Assembly: GCA_950054255.1 (NCBI GenBank)
Contig: CATLOR010000001.1
Location: 583,589 to 647,588 of the forward strand
DNA length: 64,000 nucleotides
Source of the DNA: an uncultured Rickettsiales bacterium
GTDB lineage: Bacteria; Pseudomonadota; Alphaproteobacteria; Micavibrionales; GCA-2720935
Direction: 5' to 3'
Shown: piece by piece, positions 60,994 to 64,000 of the stretch
How positions within the stretch are numbered: position 1 is the stretch's first letter
How the letters are laid out: the number at the start of each line of letters is the position of its first letter
The notes under the pieces: generated by a model
The model's database searches: none
What the model was told of the DNA's origin: nothing
Seen by the model: the letters and a program-made list of their open reading frames with translations, nothing else
Program-made: the position numbers and the translations under genes

Positions 60994-61605
60994 TTAAAGA
61001 GGTTTTAGATCTCGTGGTTTACCGTGAACCCCAGAAGGAAAATGATGAAGCCATTTTTGCAATGTATCAATGCTTGTTGGTGTTGTTGTTATACGATGCC
61101 CTCTTCTGTAAGTGTCATTTAGTGTTAGTTTTGTACCGTGCAAAGCTATGGGTAATATGGGCGCATTTCTACCAAAATACCAAAATTGTTTTCCAACAAT
61201 AGAAAAAGGTGTTTTTAAATCTCGTTGTATCGCGATCTCTTTGCCGTAGTGAGCCGCATTTTTGAAAGCGATTTGTAATTGATTTTGATTTTTGCTGAAA
61301 AAATTATCCCCATTGCTGAGATATATAGGCTTCTTACATTGAAATCGAGGGTCGTTAAAGTAATCTTCGTATAAGATCTTTTCATCAACATACATGGCAT
61401 ATATGACTTTATGACGATCATCTCTAGCTGTTGAAAAGCCGACAATGAGATCACCTGTTCTAGCAACTCTTCGAATAACAGGTTTACAAACTGTCAGTGT
61501 GCATATTTCACCCATAATATTGGGAGCCAAGCCTGTATCGCTTGCCACGACATATGAAATAACTCTACCACTAAAATTAGAATACATCGCATCAGTATAA
61601 GGCAC
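60994..61605 (-). CDS. Hypothetical protein, possibly of the Nmad2 (nucleotide-modification-associated domain 2) type
   Basis: It is 203 aa. The N-terminal ISYVVASDTGLAPNIMGEICTLTVCKPVIRRVARTGDLIVGFS resembles the YSYVV..D.GFAPNP....CTLA.CKP.IR pattern I recall for that family. The call rests on memory only. Confidence 0.5.
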   Translation of the reverse strand: MPYTDAMYSNFSGRVISYVVASDTGLAPNIMGEICTLTVCKPVIRRVARTGDLIVGFSTARDDRHKVIYAMYVDEKILYEDYFNDPRFQCKKPIYLSNGDNFFSKNQNQLQIAFKNAAHYGKEIAIQRDLKTPFSIVGKQFWYFGRNAPILPIALHGTKLTLNDTYRRGHRITTTPTSIDTLQKWLHHFPSGVHGKPRDLKPL

Positions 61606-61646
61606 TTTGTTTTTATGTCAATAAATATTAGAAATCCAAATTAGAT

Positions 61647-61687
61647 ATCTTTGACATGTTTTTTGAGAAACGCATCAATATCGGTTG
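61647..61687. repeat. Direct repeat, copy B
   Basis: ATCTTTGACATGTTTTTTGAGAAACGCATCAATATCGGTTG is the near-identical partner of 60814-60853. Confidence 0.9.
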
Positions 61688-61774
61688 TGTTTTTAAAAGC
61701 AAGACTAAAACATATATGACTAGTTCATCTTTTTTTAAGATAAAAACTATAAACTTTTCTAAAAGGAAAATTAT

Positions 61775-62518
61775 ATGAAGACATTAGGAATTACTGGTGG
61801 TTTAAGCCCAGAATCAACAAGACATTACTATGAATGGATTTGTGATGATGTGCGCAAGACTCTCGGTGGTTTGAATTATCCAGAAATTGTAATGGCAACC
61901 GTTAATCAGCAATTTGTTTATGAGAATAAAAAAAGTGGGGATTGGGATGCTATTGCAGAAAAAATTATATCTAAAGCACAATTGTTAGAGCGAGCAGGTG
62001 CAGAGTATTTATTAATTGCCAGCAATACTATGCATAATGTTGCACCTCAAGTTGAAGCAGCAATTAATATTCCTTTGCTGCATGTTGCGGATGTGACAGC
62101 GAAAGCTGTTGTTGCACAGGGGTTAACACAAGTTGCAATGCTTTCAACAATAGAAAGTGCGGAATTAGATTTTTATAAAGATCGATTTATACAATATGGT
62201 GTCGAGCTTATATTTCCTAAATTGAAAGAAGAGCGGGAAGCTGTTGATCAGATTATTTGTGGGGAATTGTGCAAAGGCGAAGTTAGTCCAGATTCAAAGC
62301 TTTATTTTATTGAGCAAGCAGAACAAATGTTTGATTGTGGTGCGCAAGGTCTTATTTTAGGGTGCACAGAAGTTAATATGCTTGTTGGCCAAGAAGATTT
62401 TTCAAAACCCGTATTTGATACAACGAAATTGCATGTTGATGCCGCAGTTTCTAAAATATTATCCGCTGTTCCCTCTCAAAAAAAAACGCTAACACATAGC
62501 TCTAAACATCTAAGTTAA
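61775..62518 (+). CDS. Aspartate/glutamate racemase family protein, second YgeA-like paralog
   Basis: It carries LGITGGLSPEST..YY, IASNTMH and ILGCTEVNML, the same architecture as 22571-23311. Confidence 0.85.
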   Translation: MKTLGITGGLSPESTRHYYEWICDDVRKTLGGLNYPEIVMATVNQQFVYENKKSGDWDAIAEKIISKAQLLERAGAEYLLIASNTMHNVAPQVEAAINIPLLHVADVTAKAVVAQGLTQVAMLSTIESAELDFYKDRFIQYGVELIFPKLKEEREAVDQIICGELCKGEVSPDSKLYFIEQAEQMFDCGAQGLILGCTEVNMLVGQEDFSKPVFDTTKLHVDAAVSKILSAVPSQKKTLTHSSKHLS

Positions 62519-62570
62519 AGATGACGATCCCTAGGGAATGAATGGATTCTTTGGCTGTATGATGATTTAT

Positions 62571-64000
<1,430 letters not shown>

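Overview
This is a 64-kb chromosomal window, read by eye with no alignment tools. It appears to come from a low-GC, flagellated, probably host-associated alphaproteobacterium. Lineage markers are a circularly permuted two-piece tmRNA gene, fliX divergent from a flgI operon with sigma-54 -24/-12 boxes, hflK-hflC-degP, and divergent serB/miaA. I cannot name the species. Bases 1-27.7 kb are mostly housekeeping: flagellar genes, dksA, typA, infC, thyA-folA, mrp, hflKC, degP, serB, miaA and an SPFH/NfeD pair. This stretch also holds a few oddities: a stand-alone Clp D1-type AAA+ module, two translationally coupled dCTP-deaminase-fold paralogs, and tandem small paralogs. Bases 27.9-53.8 kb form one co-directional 26-kb accessory locus. 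It encodes a MotA/ExbB-like channel protein with a long coiled-coil tail, a MotB-like OmpA-domain partner, a TolC-like outer-membrane factor and an exported protein of unknown function. These are followed by a single 17,886-nt gene for a 5961-aa RTX beta-roll protein, a type I secretion ABC transporter with a C39-like domain, and a HlyD-family adaptor. This stator-plus-T1SS-plus-giant-cargo arrangement is the main candidate for an undescribed system. Its only characterised analogue that I know of is Salmonella SPI-4 SiiAB. Bases 53.8-61.7 kb are patchy accessory DNA. They hold an orphan zeta-toxin-like P-loop kinase, tRNA-Thr(UGU), and an isolated type IVB coupling module (DotM-like, unknown ORF, DotL/IcmO-like with a repeated acidic FSWGDMM motif). 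They also hold a structured intergenic region with a 31-codon hydrophobic ORF, and a 203-aa ORF bracketed by a 40-nt direct repeat. The window ends with a second YgeA-like racemase and a partial gyrB. I recognised no CRISPR array, transposase or integrase.
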